A DNA stretch of 64,000 nucleotides from an uncultured Candidatus Saccharibacteria bacterium. Its GTDB lineage: Bacteria; Patescibacteriota; Minisyncoccia; Phycocordibacterales; UBA9973. The notes below the pieces were generated by a model. The model worked only from the letters and a program-made list of their open reading frames with translations, had not been told where the DNA came from and made no database searches. The stretch covers positions 2,106-66,105 of the forward strand of contig CAYOLW010000001.1 of NCBI GenBank assembly GCA_964404925.1. The letters are read 5' to 3'. The position numbers were made by a program, and so were the translations under genes. Within the stretch, counting starts at the first letter, position 1. The number at the start of each line of letters is the position of its first letter. This document shows positions 45,563 through 54,724 of the stretch, in pieces.

Positions 45563-46213
45563 ATGGCAAACATATTGGAAATAGGGGGCGGCAGGACTCC
45601 ATTTTTTATAAGGTACAAGATACCACTCAATAATGAAGATGTTTATATTGCGATAGACTCAGATAAGGAAAATATTCAAATGGCAGAATACTCTCTCCAT
45701 CATCATTTTAAAGAACCAAAACAATTATATAAAACACAAATTAAACAAGCGGATGCGTCCGTGGGCGTCCCTTATCCAGATAATTATTTTGATAAAGTTG
45801 TAATTAGTAACACTTTTTCTGCACCAATCCATAAAAATTGGGATGAGAATGGGTACACCGTAAAAACAAAAATTGGTGAAGAAATAGTTGAACGCAAAAT
45901 TCGTGAAGCATCTTCTAATGAAGACCCTTTTTATATTGAAAGAAGAAAAATGCTAGATGAGGCACTGAGGGTTCTGAAGACTGGGGGAGAATTGTTTATT
46001 TACACTGATTTGATAATCTACGGAATAGAATCATATGAGCGTTTAGTTAAAGAATTAAAAAACGATTATTTTATGTCTTATGTATTTGATACCAAAGAAG
46101 CTTCTAGGATAGACACCTTAAATAAGCAAAAATTAGTATCCAATGAATTTTGTTGTTGTTTCAGGGCGGAAGTTTTACCAAGGTCTGAGGTACACAGAGT
46201 TATTAAGGTTTAG
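45563..46213 (+). CDS. class I SAM-dependent methyltransferase
   Basis: ILEIGGG, AIDSD, PYPDNYFDKV, EALRVLKTGG. Confidence 0.8.
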   Translation: MANILEIGGGRTPFFIRYKIPLNNEDVYIAIDSDKENIQMAEYSLHHHFKEPKQLYKTQIKQADASVGVPYPDNYFDKVVISNTFSAPIHKNWDENGYTVKTKIGEEIVERKIREASSNEDPFYIERRKMLDEALRVLKTGGELFIYTDLIIYGIESYERLVKELKNDYFMSYVFDTKEASRIDTLNKQKLVSNEFCCCFRAEVLPRSEVHRVIKV

Positions 46214-46279
46214 CTTATAAAAAGACACCATATAATTGGCTTTGTCAATTAGGGTTGATTTTGCTATAATACAACGTTC

Positions 46280-48910
46280 ATGAAAGATAAAAAATCAGAC
46301 AAACACGAATCTATAATTATTCGCGGAGCCAGGACACACAATCTGCGTAATATTGATGTGGAGATGCCCCGTAACAAAATGACGGTTATTACTGGTGTTT
46401 CAGGTTCTGGTAAATCTTCTCTTGCTTTTGACACAGTGTTTGCTGAGGGGCAGAGGAGGTATGTGGAATCACTTTCTTCATATGCTCGACAGTTTTTAAA
46501 CCAAATGCCCAAACCAGATGTGGACGAGATTACCGGACTTTCTCCAGCCATATCAATTGATCAAAAATCCAGGTCTAACAACCCTCGTTCAACAGTAGCA
46601 ACCATTACTGAAATCTACGACTACCTGCGTGTGATGTACGCCCGCATTGGGCACCCGCACTGTCCAGAGTGTGGTGAAGAAATCAAGAAACTGTCTAATG
46701 AAGAAATATTAAATTTTGTTTTAGATAAAGTTAATAGTTTCAGTAAGGCAAAAAAGGGCACCAAAAAAGTTCTAGATGTAGAGTGGAATGAAACTGAAAT
46801 AAGTATTTATGCACCTGTGGTCCGTGGACGTAAAGGGGAGTACTATCAGCTTTTATATGATTTGCTTGGTAAGGGTTTTACTCAAATACGATTAGATGGT
46901 GAGATAAAAAACTTGCGTGAACAAATAACCTTATCAAAAAACAAAGCCCACACCATTGAAGTTTTGGTTGATCACTTTGCATTGCATGAATTTATCGACA
47001 ATAAAGACACAGCCAAGACACGTCTGGCTGAAGCCTTGGAACGTGCCTTATTAGAATCTGACGGGTTAGTAAACATTAAAGTAAGCGATGAAGAGTTTCT
47101 AATGTCAGCTAAATTTGCTTGTAAAAATGATGGTTTTTCCTTTCCAGAAGTTGAACCAAGACTTTTCTCATTTAATTCACCGTATGGTGCCTGCCCAACA
47201 TGTAATGGACTTGGAACGAAATACTTTGGTGGGTTAGACCCATGTGATGATTGTCAGGGTGCACGACTAAGAAAAGAAGCGTTACATGTATTCTTGAGGT
47301 CGGATTCCCGAGGTTCGACCTCGGGAGGGGTAAATATTTTAGATTTAGCAAATCTCTCTGTTGCTGAGGCTTATGCTTTTTTTAAAAATTTAAAATTATC
47401 CGACAAAGAAAAAGAAATATCGCTACCGGTAGTTAGAGAAATAACTGACCGAATCAAATTCATGCTTGATGTAGGGCTCGACTACTTGCAACTTTCTCGT
47501 AAGGCCAACACCCTCTCCGGCGGGGAAGCACAGCGTATCAGGCTTGCTTCACAATTGGGCTCACGGCTCGTAGGTGCATTGTATGTGCTCGACGAGCCAA
47601 CGATTGGATTACACCAGCGGGATAATGATAGACTTATTAAAACATTGCTTGATTTGAGAGATTTAGGAAATACTATTTTAGTTGTTGAACATGATGAAGA
47701 CACTATCTATGCATCAGACTATATTGTGGATATTGGGCCTAAGGCTGGTGTGCATGGAGGGAATGTGGTTGTGTCTGGATATCTAGAAGATTTATTGACT
47801 GCTAAAAAGAACACCAGTGGATCACGTACCTTATCTTATTTGAGAGAAGAAACCAGAATAGAGATTCCTGAAAAGCGTCGTGATGCTAAAGGATGGCTCA
47901 AAATAGTTGGTGGAAAGGTTTTTAATATAGACAATATTAATGTTGAAATACCGCTAGGAGTAATGACTTGCATAACTGGAGTTTCAGGTAGTGGTAAGAG
48001 CTCTTTTATGTATGAAATTTTACACAAGAACCTGCAAGCTAGGTATGAAAGGAAATACCGTACAGCGGAAGTTTTTAACTGTTCTTCTTTTACTGGAACC
48101 GAGTATCTATCCAGAACTGTTCTGATAGATCAGTCACCAATTGGAAGAACACCTAGATCTAATATAGCTACTTATACCGGTACTTTTACGCACATCCGGG
48201 ATTTGTTTGCTGAGACCGAAGAATCAAAGTTCCGTGGTTGGAAGTCCAATAGATTTTCTTTTAATGTTAAAGGTGGTCGCTGTGAAGCTTGTGAAGGTAA
48301 TGGTGAGATAGCTGTTGAAATGCACTTTTTGCCAACAGTCTATGTAACCTGTGATGTATGCGGTGGAAAAAGATTTGATAAAGAAACACTGACAGTCAAA
48401 TATAAAAAGAAAAATATTTATGAAGTTTTGCGAATGACGGTAGAAGAAGGACTTGAATTCTTTAAGGATATTCCAGCTGTATATGATAGATTAGCTACAT
48501 TGATTGATGTTGGTTTAGGTTATCTAGAACTGGGTCAATCTGCCACAACCCTCTCCGGCGGGGAAGCACAGCGCGTAAAAATATCGAGTGAACTTTTTGA
48601 ATACCGAATGTCCCACCTACGTTCAGAGAAGACTATTTATTTATTGGACGAACCAACTGTAGGGTTACACTACGATGATGTAGCCAAACTACTAGAAGTA
48701 TTACAAAAGCTGGTTACCAAAGGAAACGCAGTTGTTTTAATTGAACATAATTTAGATATAATAAAAAGTGCTGATTATTTAATTGATTTTGGTCCCGAAG
48801 GTGGTACTGGTGGTGGTAATGTGGTTGCTCGTGGCACCCCAGAAGAGGTGGCTAATTCTCCTAAGAGTCATACAGGTAAATATTTGAAGAAAGTTTTACG
48901 CAAAAAATAA
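46280..48910 (+). CDS. uvrA: excinuclease ABC subunit A
   Basis: GARTHNL, two GVSGSGKSS Walker A, two LSGGEAQR signatures, LDEPT, Zn-finger CxxC motifs. Confidence 0.98.
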   Translation: MKDKKSDKHESIIIRGARTHNLRNIDVEMPRNKMTVITGVSGSGKSSLAFDTVFAEGQRRYVESLSSYARQFLNQMPKPDVDEITGLSPAISIDQKSRSNNPRSTVATITEIYDYLRVMYARIGHPHCPECGEEIKKLSNEEILNFVLDKVNSFSKAKKGTKKVLDVEWNETEISIYAPVVRGRKGEYYQLLYDLLGKGFTQIRLDGEIKNLREQITLSKNKAHTIEVLVDHFALHEFIDNKDTAKTRLAEALERALLESDGLVNIKVSDEEFLMSAKFACKNDGFSFPEVEPRLFSFNSPYGACPTCNGLGTKYFGGLDPCDDCQGARLRKEALHVFLRSDSRGSTSGGVNILDLANLSVAEAYAFFKNLKLSDKEKEISLPVVREITDRIKFMLDVGLDYLQLSRKANTLSGGEAQRIRLASQLGSRLVGALYVLDEPTIGLHQRDNDRLIKTLLDLRDLGNTILVVEHDEDTIYASDYIVDIGPKAGVHGGNVVVSGYLEDLLTAKKNTSGSRTLSYLREETRIEIPEKRRDAKGWLKIVGGKVFNIDNINVEIPLGVMTCITGVSGSGKSSFMYEILHKNLQARYERKYRTAEVFNCSSFTGTEYLSRTVLIDQSPIGRTPRSNIATYTGTFTHIRDLFAETEESKFRGWKSNRFSFNVKGGRCEACEGNGEIAVEMHFLPTVYVTCDVCGGKRFDKETLTVKYKKKNIYEVLRMTVEEGLEFFKDIPAVYDRLATLIDVGLGYLELGQSATTLSGGEAQRVKISSELFEYRMSHLRSEKTIYLLDEPTVGLHYDDVAKLLEVLQKLVTKGNAVVLIEHNLDIIKSADYLIDFGPEGGTGGGNVVARGTPEEVANSPKSHTGKYLKKVLRKK
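47296..47326. repeat. REP-like palindrome in frame in uvrA
   Basis: TCCC-GAGGTTCGACCTC-GGGA preceded by partial unit GAGGTCGGA; encodes the extra RSDSRGSTS. Confidence 0.7.
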
Positions 48911-50203
48911 ATGAAACTAGAAAGTTTTAAAAAATTAAATTTACCGGAAAAACCAGGGGTTTATTTTTTCTTGGGTTATGAAAAATCGGGGTTGAACCCC
49001 GGGAATTCTAGGGGTTCAACCCCTGAAATATCTGGAAACGTACTTTACATCGGCAAGGCAACCAGTTTGCGTGACCGAGTTCGGAGTTATTTTTCTAAAG
49101 ATCTTATTGAAACTCGCGGTCCACTTTTAGTGGATATGGTTTGGAAGGCTACTGACATTAAATGGCAGGAAACAGAAAGTGTACTCGAAGCCCTAATCCT
49201 TGAAGCTAATTTAATAAAGAAACATCAGCCGTATTACAATACCAAAGAAAAAGACGACAAAAGCTTTAATTATGTTTGTATTACTTCTGAAAAAAGAATA
49301 CGTGTTATAAGAGGTAAGGATTTAAAACAAACAAAAGAAAAGTTCAAAAATACATTTGGTCCATATACTAACGGAGGACAACTGCGTGAAGCGTTAAAAA
49401 TAATTCGAAAGTTCTTCCCATTCATAGAAGACCGAAAGGGAACTAAAGGCAAAGAAGAATTTTACCGTCAGATAAAATTGATGCCCGAGAACATGAAAGA
49501 CAACACTAAAAATATTCGTAATATAATTTACTTCTTTGAAGGTAAGAAGAAAAAGATTATTAGCGGGCTAGTTCGAGAAATGAAGTCTTTGGCTAAAACA
49601 AAAAAATTTGAAGAAGCAAATGAAATAAAGAAAAAGATTTTTGCCCTAAATCATATTAATGACATTGCTTTGATTAAAAACGACTTGGCGGGCGGGAAGA
49701 GGTTGGACCTCGGGGGTTCTAGAGGTCCAACCTCAAAGAGCCATCAAACATTTCGTATTGAAGCCTATGATATAGCCCATATGGCTGGCAGGAACATGGT
49801 GGGCGTAATGACAGTGGTGGAAAATGGAGAAATAAATAAAAGAGAGTATAAGAAATTTAAAATCAAAACCCAATCTAATGCTAACGACACAGGTGCACTA
49901 ACCGAGGTATTGGAGAGGAGGTTTGGCCACCTTGAGTGGCAATTACCTAATCTGATTGTGGTTGATGGCGGAAAAGCTCAGATAAATTTTGCCGAGAAGG
50001 TTCTACAAAGAATGAATATACAAATACCAATAGTATCTGTCTTGAAAGACGAAAGGCATAGACCCAAAAACATTTTAGGTGACAAAGATTTAGCTAGAAA
50101 GTATGAGAGAGAAATACTACTGGCCAATGCTGAGGCTCACAGGTTCTCTATTGGTTATCATAAACAAATGCGGAATAAAAACTTTTTACCCAATGCAAAG
50201 TAA
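48911..50203 (+). CDS. uvrC: short excinuclease ABC subunit C (GIY-YIG + UVR + RNase H-like domain, no HhH tail)
   Basis: PGVYFF...LYIGKA, LRDRVRSYF, EALILEANLIK, RIEAYDIAH, VVDGGKAQ, AEAHRF. Confidence 0.9.
   Translation: MKLESFKKLNLPEKPGVYFFLGYEKSGLNPGNSRGSTPEISGNVLYIGKATSLRDRVRSYFSKDLIETRGPLLVDMVWKATDIKWQETESVLEALILEANLIKKHQPYYNTKEKDDKSFNYVCITSEKRIRVIRGKDLKQTKEKFKNTFGPYTNGGQLREALKIIRKFFPFIEDRKGTKGKEEFYRQIKLMPENMKDNTKNIRNIIYFFEGKKKKIISGLVREMKSLAKTKKFEEANEIKKKIFALNHINDIALIKNDLAGGKRLDLGGSRGPTSKSHQTFRIEAYDIAHMAGRNMVGVMTVVENGEINKREYKKFKIKTQSNANDTGALTEVLERRFGHLEWQLPNLIVVDGGKAQINFAEKVLQRMNIQIPIVSVLKDERHRPKNILGDKDLARKYEREILLANAEAHRFSIGYHKQMRNKNFLPNAK
48988..49023. repeat. 36-bp REP-doublet-like element in frame in uvrC
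   Basis: GGGGTTGAACCCC-GGGAATTCTA-GGGGTTCAACCCC (13+10+13). Confidence 0.85.
49699..49734. repeat. 36-bp REP-doublet-like element in frame in uvrC
   Basis: GAGGTTGGACCTC-GGGGGTTCTA-GAGGTCCAACCTC (13+10+13). Confidence 0.85.
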
Positions 50204-50669
50204 ACAAAATATTTTAATATTAAACGACATTCGTGGAGCTGAAAATGTGGGTGCTATGTTTCGCACCGCTGATGCAGCCGGGGTCCATAAAATTTATTTG
50301 GTTGGCTATACGCCAACACCTATCGATAGATTTGGACGCAAACAAAAGTCTATAGCTAAGACAGCCCTGGGTGCTGAAGATTATATACCCTGGGAACAGG
50401 TAAAAAGTATAAATACACTTATTAATAAACTCCACAAAAACGGTTTCCAAATTATTGCCATAGAACAAGATGAAAATTCAGTAAATTACAAAAAAGTAAA
50501 ATTGAAAGACAAGAACGCTATAATAATGGGTAGCGAGGTAGATGGTGTAGCTAAAAATGTTTTAGCTAAATGTGACGTGATTGCCGAGATACCCATGCAA
50601 GGTAAAAAAGAGTCCTTGAACGTTTCTGTGGCTTGTGGGGTGGCGTTATACGGTTTATTGGGTAAATAG
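50193..50669 (+). CDS. SpoU/TrmH family RNA methyltransferase
   Basis: IRGAENVGAMFRTADAAG, MGSEVDGV, IPMQGKKESLNVSVA. Confidence 0.9.
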   Translation: MQSKQNILILNDIRGAENVGAMFRTADAAGVHKIYLVGYTPTPIDRFGRKQKSIAKTALGAEDYIPWEQVKSINTLINKLHKNGFQIIAIEQDENSVNYKKVKLKDKNAIIMGSEVDGVAKNVLAKCDVIAEIPMQGKKESLNVSVACGVALYGLLGK

Positions 50670-50670
50670 T

Positions 50671-50823
50671 TTACCAATACGACTCACCAGTGTTAAGCGG
50701 TGTTGGTGGTTTGATAAATGGACCACCACCGCCTTCAGACTCGTACCTTTGTGGGCCGCCTGTCCAGAGCCAAAAAAACCAAAGCAGTATTACAATTCCA
50801 ATAAATCCTAAAATTATTCTCAT
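50671..50823 (-). CDS. 50-aa single-TM small protein (missing from ORF track)
   Basis: MRIILGFIGIVILLWFFWLWTGGPQRYESEGGGGPFIKPPTPLNTGESYW; fills the gap downstream of mutM. Confidence 0.55.
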   Translation of the reverse strand: MRIILGFIGIVILLWFFWLWTGGPQRYESEGGGGPFIKPPTPLNTGESYW

Positions 50824-50897
50824 CCCAGTACTAAAAATTTAAATGTTAATTTTAATTTATTTACCCGTAATCAAAATTTTAGTACGGGACAAGTAAA

Positions 50898-51743
50898 TTA
50901 AATTTGATGTTTGTCGCAAAAATGTGCGCTACGGCCATTTACTACTTTTCGTATTATAACACCATGGCAGGACTTTTTCTTGCATTTTTCACCACGAAGA
51001 CCATAGACAGTGTGTTCTGACTGGAAATTTCCTTTTTCGCCATAGACATTAATATAATCTGACATTGAATCACCTCCAAAATCGATACCTTTATTTAAGA
51101 GTATTTTAGTGGATTCATAAATTTTTCGCAGTTCTTTGTTATTAATGTTTCGCACTAGTCTCTCTGGGTGTACATCGGCGCGCCACAGTACCTCATCTGA
51201 ATATATATTACCAACACCAACAAGTATACTTTGATCCATTAAAACTGTTTTTATCTTGCCGTTTGGTTTCTTGGTTAATCTTTCTTTGAATGTTTCAAGT
51301 GTGAAGCCTTTTTCTAGTGGCTCAGGACCGAGGTCTTTCAAGTGTTTAGACTCGTGCATATTTTTAGTATCAAGTAGAGTCATCTTGCCAAATTTGCGCG
51401 GATCAGAAAAAGCGAGTTTTTTACCACCGGATAAGGTAAACAAGACGTGAACATATTTATCGTGATTTTTGACGAGCATTCGCCCTGTCATTTTCATATG
51501 TACTAAAATCGTTTTATTCCCCGACAGGTGTATTAGAATATTTTTGGCTCGACGTTTAACTTCTGTTATCTTTTTACCAACTACTTCCTTTTTAAAAATA
51601 TTGAAAAATGCGGGTTCGGATACCGTGTCTTTTTTCCTTTTGTCTTTGGTTCTAAGGTCAGTCCAAACATCAAGGATTTTATGTCCTACGATTTCTTTCT
51701 GTAACCCTAAAACGGTGGTTTCTACCTCTGGTAACTCGGGCAT
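50898..51743 (-). CDS. mutM: formamidopyrimidine-DNA glycosylase
   Basis: MPELPEVET, HMKMTG, DPRKFG, LGPEPL, GVGNIYSDEVLW, C-terminal Zn finger. Confidence 0.97.
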   Translation of the reverse strand: MPELPEVETTVLGLQKEIVGHKILDVWTDLRTKDKRKKDTVSEPAFFNIFKKEVVGKKITEVKRRAKNILIHLSGNKTILVHMKMTGRMLVKNHDKYVHVLFTLSGGKKLAFSDPRKFGKMTLLDTKNMHESKHLKDLGPEPLEKGFTLETFKERLTKKPNGKIKTVLMDQSILVGVGNIYSDEVLWRADVHPERLVRNINNKELRKIYESTKILLNKGIDFGGDSMSDYINVYGEKGNFQSEHTVYGLRGEKCKKKSCHGVIIRKVVNGRSAHFCDKHQI

Positions 51744-52306
51744 TATTTATTTCCTAAGAATTTTAAAGCTTCCTTTATTTTTGTATTTGTGTCGGCCTCA
51801 GGGTTTAGCTGTTTTAAAATATCACGTACTTCATTTTCTCGATAGCCTATTGCTTTGAGTGCCTCAAGCACATCAAGATTGTTGCTATAACCATCTGCTA
51901 ATGTTTCTTTGCCTAATTTATCTCGAAGTTCAAGGATTATTTTTTCAGCAGTTTTTTTACCAATACCAGATATTTTATTTAAATAAGCCAAGTCTCCAGT
52001 TTTAATAGATCGAGTAAGGGTCTCCACTCCTGAGACTGAGAGTATGCCCATTGCACCCTTAGGTCCAATACCAGACACGCCAAGTAGTAGTTCAAATAAA
52101 GACAATTCTTTTAAATCCTTAAATCCATAAAGGTCGAAAGCATCTTCTCTTACGTGTGTATGTAAATACAAAAATGTTTCTAATTCATTGCCTATACCTA
52201 GCAACAACTCTGGCAACACCGAAATACGGTAGCCAATACCATTATTTTCTACCAAAATATGCTTTTCCCCCCTATGTATTATCTTGCCGCGGATGCTTCC
52301 AAACAT
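51743..52306 (-). CDS. ruvA: Holliday junction DNA-binding protein RuvA
   Basis: HTHVREDAFDLYGF, VSGIGPKGA, ISGIGKKTAEKIILELRDK. Confidence 0.96.
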   Translation of the reverse strand: MFGSIRGKIIHRGEKHILVENNGIGYRISVLPELLLGIGNELETFLYLHTHVREDAFDLYGFKDLKELSLFELLLGVSGIGPKGAMGILSVSGVETLTRSIKTGDLAYLNKISGIGKKTAEKIILELRDKLGKETLADGYSNNLDVLEALKAIGYRENEVRDILKQLNPEADTNTKIKEALKFLGNK

Positions 52307-52382
52307 AGGCTAATAATAGCATATTAGTTATTTGACACACCTGGGATTTGCCTTTTTAGTTACTTTTTGTTAAATTACCTTT

Positions 52383-52634
52383 ATGCCAATAACAAAATCA
52401 GCTAAAAAAGCAATTCGCGTTTCTGCTCGCAAAAAGGCAGTTAATGACCAGAACAAGCGCCGCGTAAAGGACGTAATCAAGAAGTTTGAGAAAACAGTCA
52501 AAGCTGACAAGAAAACAGCCGAGTCTATGCTATCCAACGCTTACGCTACTATTGATAAAGCTGCTAAGCGAGGTGTCATAAAGAAGAACAATGCGGCTCG
52601 CAAGAAATCTCGTCTAGCTAGACTAGTTAAGTAA
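52383..52634 (+). CDS. rpsT: 30S ribosomal protein S20
   Basis: MPITKSAKKAIR, IDKAAKRGVIKKNNAARKKSRL. Confidence 0.96.
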   Translation: MPITKSAKKAIRVSARKKAVNDQNKRRVKDVIKKFEKTVKADKKTAESMLSNAYATIDKAAKRGVIKKNNAARKKSRLARLVK

Positions 52635-52654
52635 TACACGAGATAAACATACTT

Positions 52655-52680
52655 AAAACCCGCGAAAGCGGGTTTTCTTT
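52655..52680 (+). terminator. rpsT terminator
   Basis: AAAACCCGC-GAAA-GCGGGTTTT. Confidence 0.85.
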
Positions 52681-52685
52681 TAGCC

Positions 52686-53498
52686 ATGTTTAAAAAAGAA
52701 AATCTGTTTAAAACAATTTTAAAAATAGTCACAATAATATTTGCTATTATTGGTTTTATTTTTGTCATGGTTTTTTGTGCTATGCAGTTCGGGTGGTTAA
52801 ATGTGCCAGGTACGATTAAAGATCGTAATTCATTTTTCTCTGAAATTAAAAAGAAGCCAAATTTTGCTTTTACTCCGGAGTGGGGAGTGTTAGGAGATGC
52901 ATTTCTTAAAGATAAAGAAGTTATACAAAAGGTATCATCCGAGACTGATATATCAGAACGCATGTTGATTGCTACTATTACCCCTGAACAGTTACGTTTC
53001 TTTACCTCCAACCGAGAGTCATATAAAAAGTATTTTGAACCACTTAAGATTCTAGGTGTTATGTCTCAGTTTTCTTTAGGTGTGTCTGGGATGAAACCAG
53101 AAACTGCTATTTTTATAGAAAAAAACTTAACAGATAAACAGTCGCCATTTTATCTTGGTAAAAAGTATGAAAAAATATTAGCCTATCAAGAAGGGGAAGA
53201 CCGTAATGCTGTTTTATATCAAAGACTAACAAATCCAAAAGATCGTTACTATCAATATTTATATACAGCTTTGTTTATTAAACAAATAGAGAAACAGTGG
53301 AATGACGCAGGATATAATGTTGAAAACAAGCCAGAAATTATTGCTACTATTTTTAATTTAGGATTTGATAAATCCAAACCTAAAAGAAATCCAGTTTTAG
53401 GTGGAGCGGAAGTTTCACTTGGTGGGGAGACATATATTTTTGGGGAACTAGCCTATCAGTTTTATTTTTCTGATGAGCTAAAATCCTATTTTCCATAG
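52686..53498 (+). CDS. membrane-anchored protein, possible lysozyme-like fold
   Basis: N-terminal TM; IATITPEQLR (candidate catalytic Glu), SLGVSGMKPETA, IATIFNLG echo SLT motifs I-III loosely. Confidence 0.5.
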   Translation: MFKKENLFKTILKIVTIIFAIIGFIFVMVFCAMQFGWLNVPGTIKDRNSFFSEIKKKPNFAFTPEWGVLGDAFLKDKEVIQKVSSETDISERMLIATITPEQLRFFTSNRESYKKYFEPLKILGVMSQFSLGVSGMKPETAIFIEKNLTDKQSPFYLGKKYEKILAYQEGEDRNAVLYQRLTNPKDRYYQYLYTALFIKQIEKQWNDAGYNVENKPEIIATIFNLGFDKSKPKRNPVLGGAEVSLGGETYIFGELAYQFYFSDELKSYFP

Positions 53499-53501
53499 AG
53501 T

Positions 53502-54185
53502 TTAGAGTTGTAAAAGAGACAAGAATTTTTCTAACTCTGTTCCAGTAATTTCTCGTGTTTGATTTTGTTTTAAATCTCCAAGTTTGATGTTCATCACTCG
53601 AATACGTTTTAATTCTGCTACTTCTTGAAATAGCGCTACACACATTCGGCGAATTTGGTGTTTCTTTCCTTCGGTTAAGGTAACTCTGAATTTATCTACA
53701 TCTAGTATTTCTACTTTACATGGTTTGGTTTGATAACCTTCTATATTTACACCCTTCTCCATTTTGTCTTTGAAGCTAGATCGTAAGTGGCCTTTAACTC
53801 GCACATCATATCCTTTCTCGTGTTCAAATTTTGGATTCAAAAGCCTGTCAGTTATTCTTCCGTCATTCGTAAGCAGCATGAGTCCGTGTGAGGCTTTGTC
53901 GATGCGGCCAACAGGGAATACTCCAGCCGTTTTTAATTTGGGCATTCTTTCGATTATGTCTTCTGTTTGTACGCCAATTGGTTTATTGTAAGCAAAGTAA
54001 ACATACTTTTGCTTTTCTAAGCCTTTGACATCTACCTTGTCTGATTCACCTACCTTGTCTCCGAGCTTGGCTTTTTTACCATTTATAAAAACTTTGCCCG
54101 ACTCAATAAGTACATCAGCGCCTCGGCGAGTCGAAATACCCTTCAAAGCTAAATATTTATTAATACGCATGGGATAATTTTCCAT
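53502..54185 (-). CDS. RsuA/RluB/RluF family pseudouridine synthase
   Basis: S4 domain MRINKYLA...TRRGAD, GRIDKASHGLMLLTNDG, EGKKHQIRRM. Confidence 0.93.
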   Translation of the reverse strand: MENYPMRINKYLALKGISTRRGADVLIESGKVFINGKKAKLGDKVGESDKVDVKGLEKQKYVYFAYNKPIGVQTEDIIERMPKLKTAGVFPVGRIDKASHGLMLLTNDGRITDRLLNPKFEHEKGYDVRVKGHLRSSFKDKMEKGVNIEGYQTKPCKVEILDVDKFRVTLTEGKKHQIRRMCVALFQEVAELKRIRVMNIKLGDLKQNQTREITGTELEKFLSLLQL

Positions 54186-54264
54186 TACCGCATTATAGAC
54201 TTTTTTATAAAAACTGCTAATGTAGGAGTATTACCCATCGTTTTGATGAGTAGGGTTTAAATAT

Positions 54265-54339
54265 GCCCTCGTAGTTTAATGGATAGAATGCGAGCTTGCG
54301 GAGTTTGCGATCCAGGTTCGATTCCTGGCGAGGGCACCA
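54265..54339 (+). tRNA. tRNA-Arg(GCG)
   Basis: GCCCTCG/CGAGGGC acceptor, anticodon arm CGAGC-TTGCGGA-GTTTG, T arm CCAGG-TTCGATT-CCTGG, encoded CCA. Confidence 0.92.
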
Positions 54340-54391
54340 AAACAAAACTTAAAAACACTTACATAAGAGTAAGTGTTTTTAAGTTTTGTTT
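54340..54391. terminator. 23-bp perfect inverted repeat after tRNA-Arg (probable terminator)
   Basis: AAACAAAACTTAAAAACACTTAC-ATAAGA-GTAAGTGTTTTTAAGTTTTGTTT. Confidence 0.65.
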
Positions 54392-54406
54392 CCACAACCA
54401 ATTAGT

Positions 54407-54435
54407 TTGACGTATACCCCCTGGGGGTATAGACT
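54407..54435 (+). promoter_or_regulatory. copper operon promoter with CsoR operator
   Basis: TTGACG-17 bp-TAGACT; spacer filled by palindrome TATACCCCC-T-GGGGGTATA (54413-54431), the TAC-C-tract/G-tract-GTA form typical of CsoR operators. Confidence 0.88.
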
Positions 54436-54441
54436 GTAGAC

Positions 54442-54720
54442 ATGCATACAGATAATAAAAAAAGCGATAAGCAAAAATTAATTAAAAGATTAAAAATAAT
54501 CGAAGGACAAGTGCGCGGGCTGCAAGGGATGATCGACAAAGATACATATTGTATTGATGTAATTACTCAGACTTCAGCGATCAAGCAGGGTTTGTCAGGT
54601 GTTGAGGATGAACTTTTGAAGGGCCACTTGGGCCATTGTGTTGTAAACCAAATCAAAAGAGGGGAAACAGATAAAGCTACCAAAGAAATATTAAAAGTTT
54701 ATCAATTAAAGAAAAAATAA
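54442..54720 (+). CDS. csoR: copper-sensing repressor CsoR
   Basis: RLKIIEGQVRGL, YCIDVITQ, HLGHCV (Cys-His-Cys fingerprint). Confidence 0.92.
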   Translation: MHTDNKKSDKQKLIKRLKIIEGQVRGLQGMIDKDTYCIDVITQTSAIKQGLSGVEDELLKGHLGHCVVNQIKRGETDKATKEILKVYQLKKK

Positions 54721-54724
54721 TTTT

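Noticed and set aside
48911-50203. uvrC (and holA, polA) as pseudogenes because they are short
   Set aside because: Frames are intact and catalytic motifs are retained; compact forms are expected in reduced genomes.
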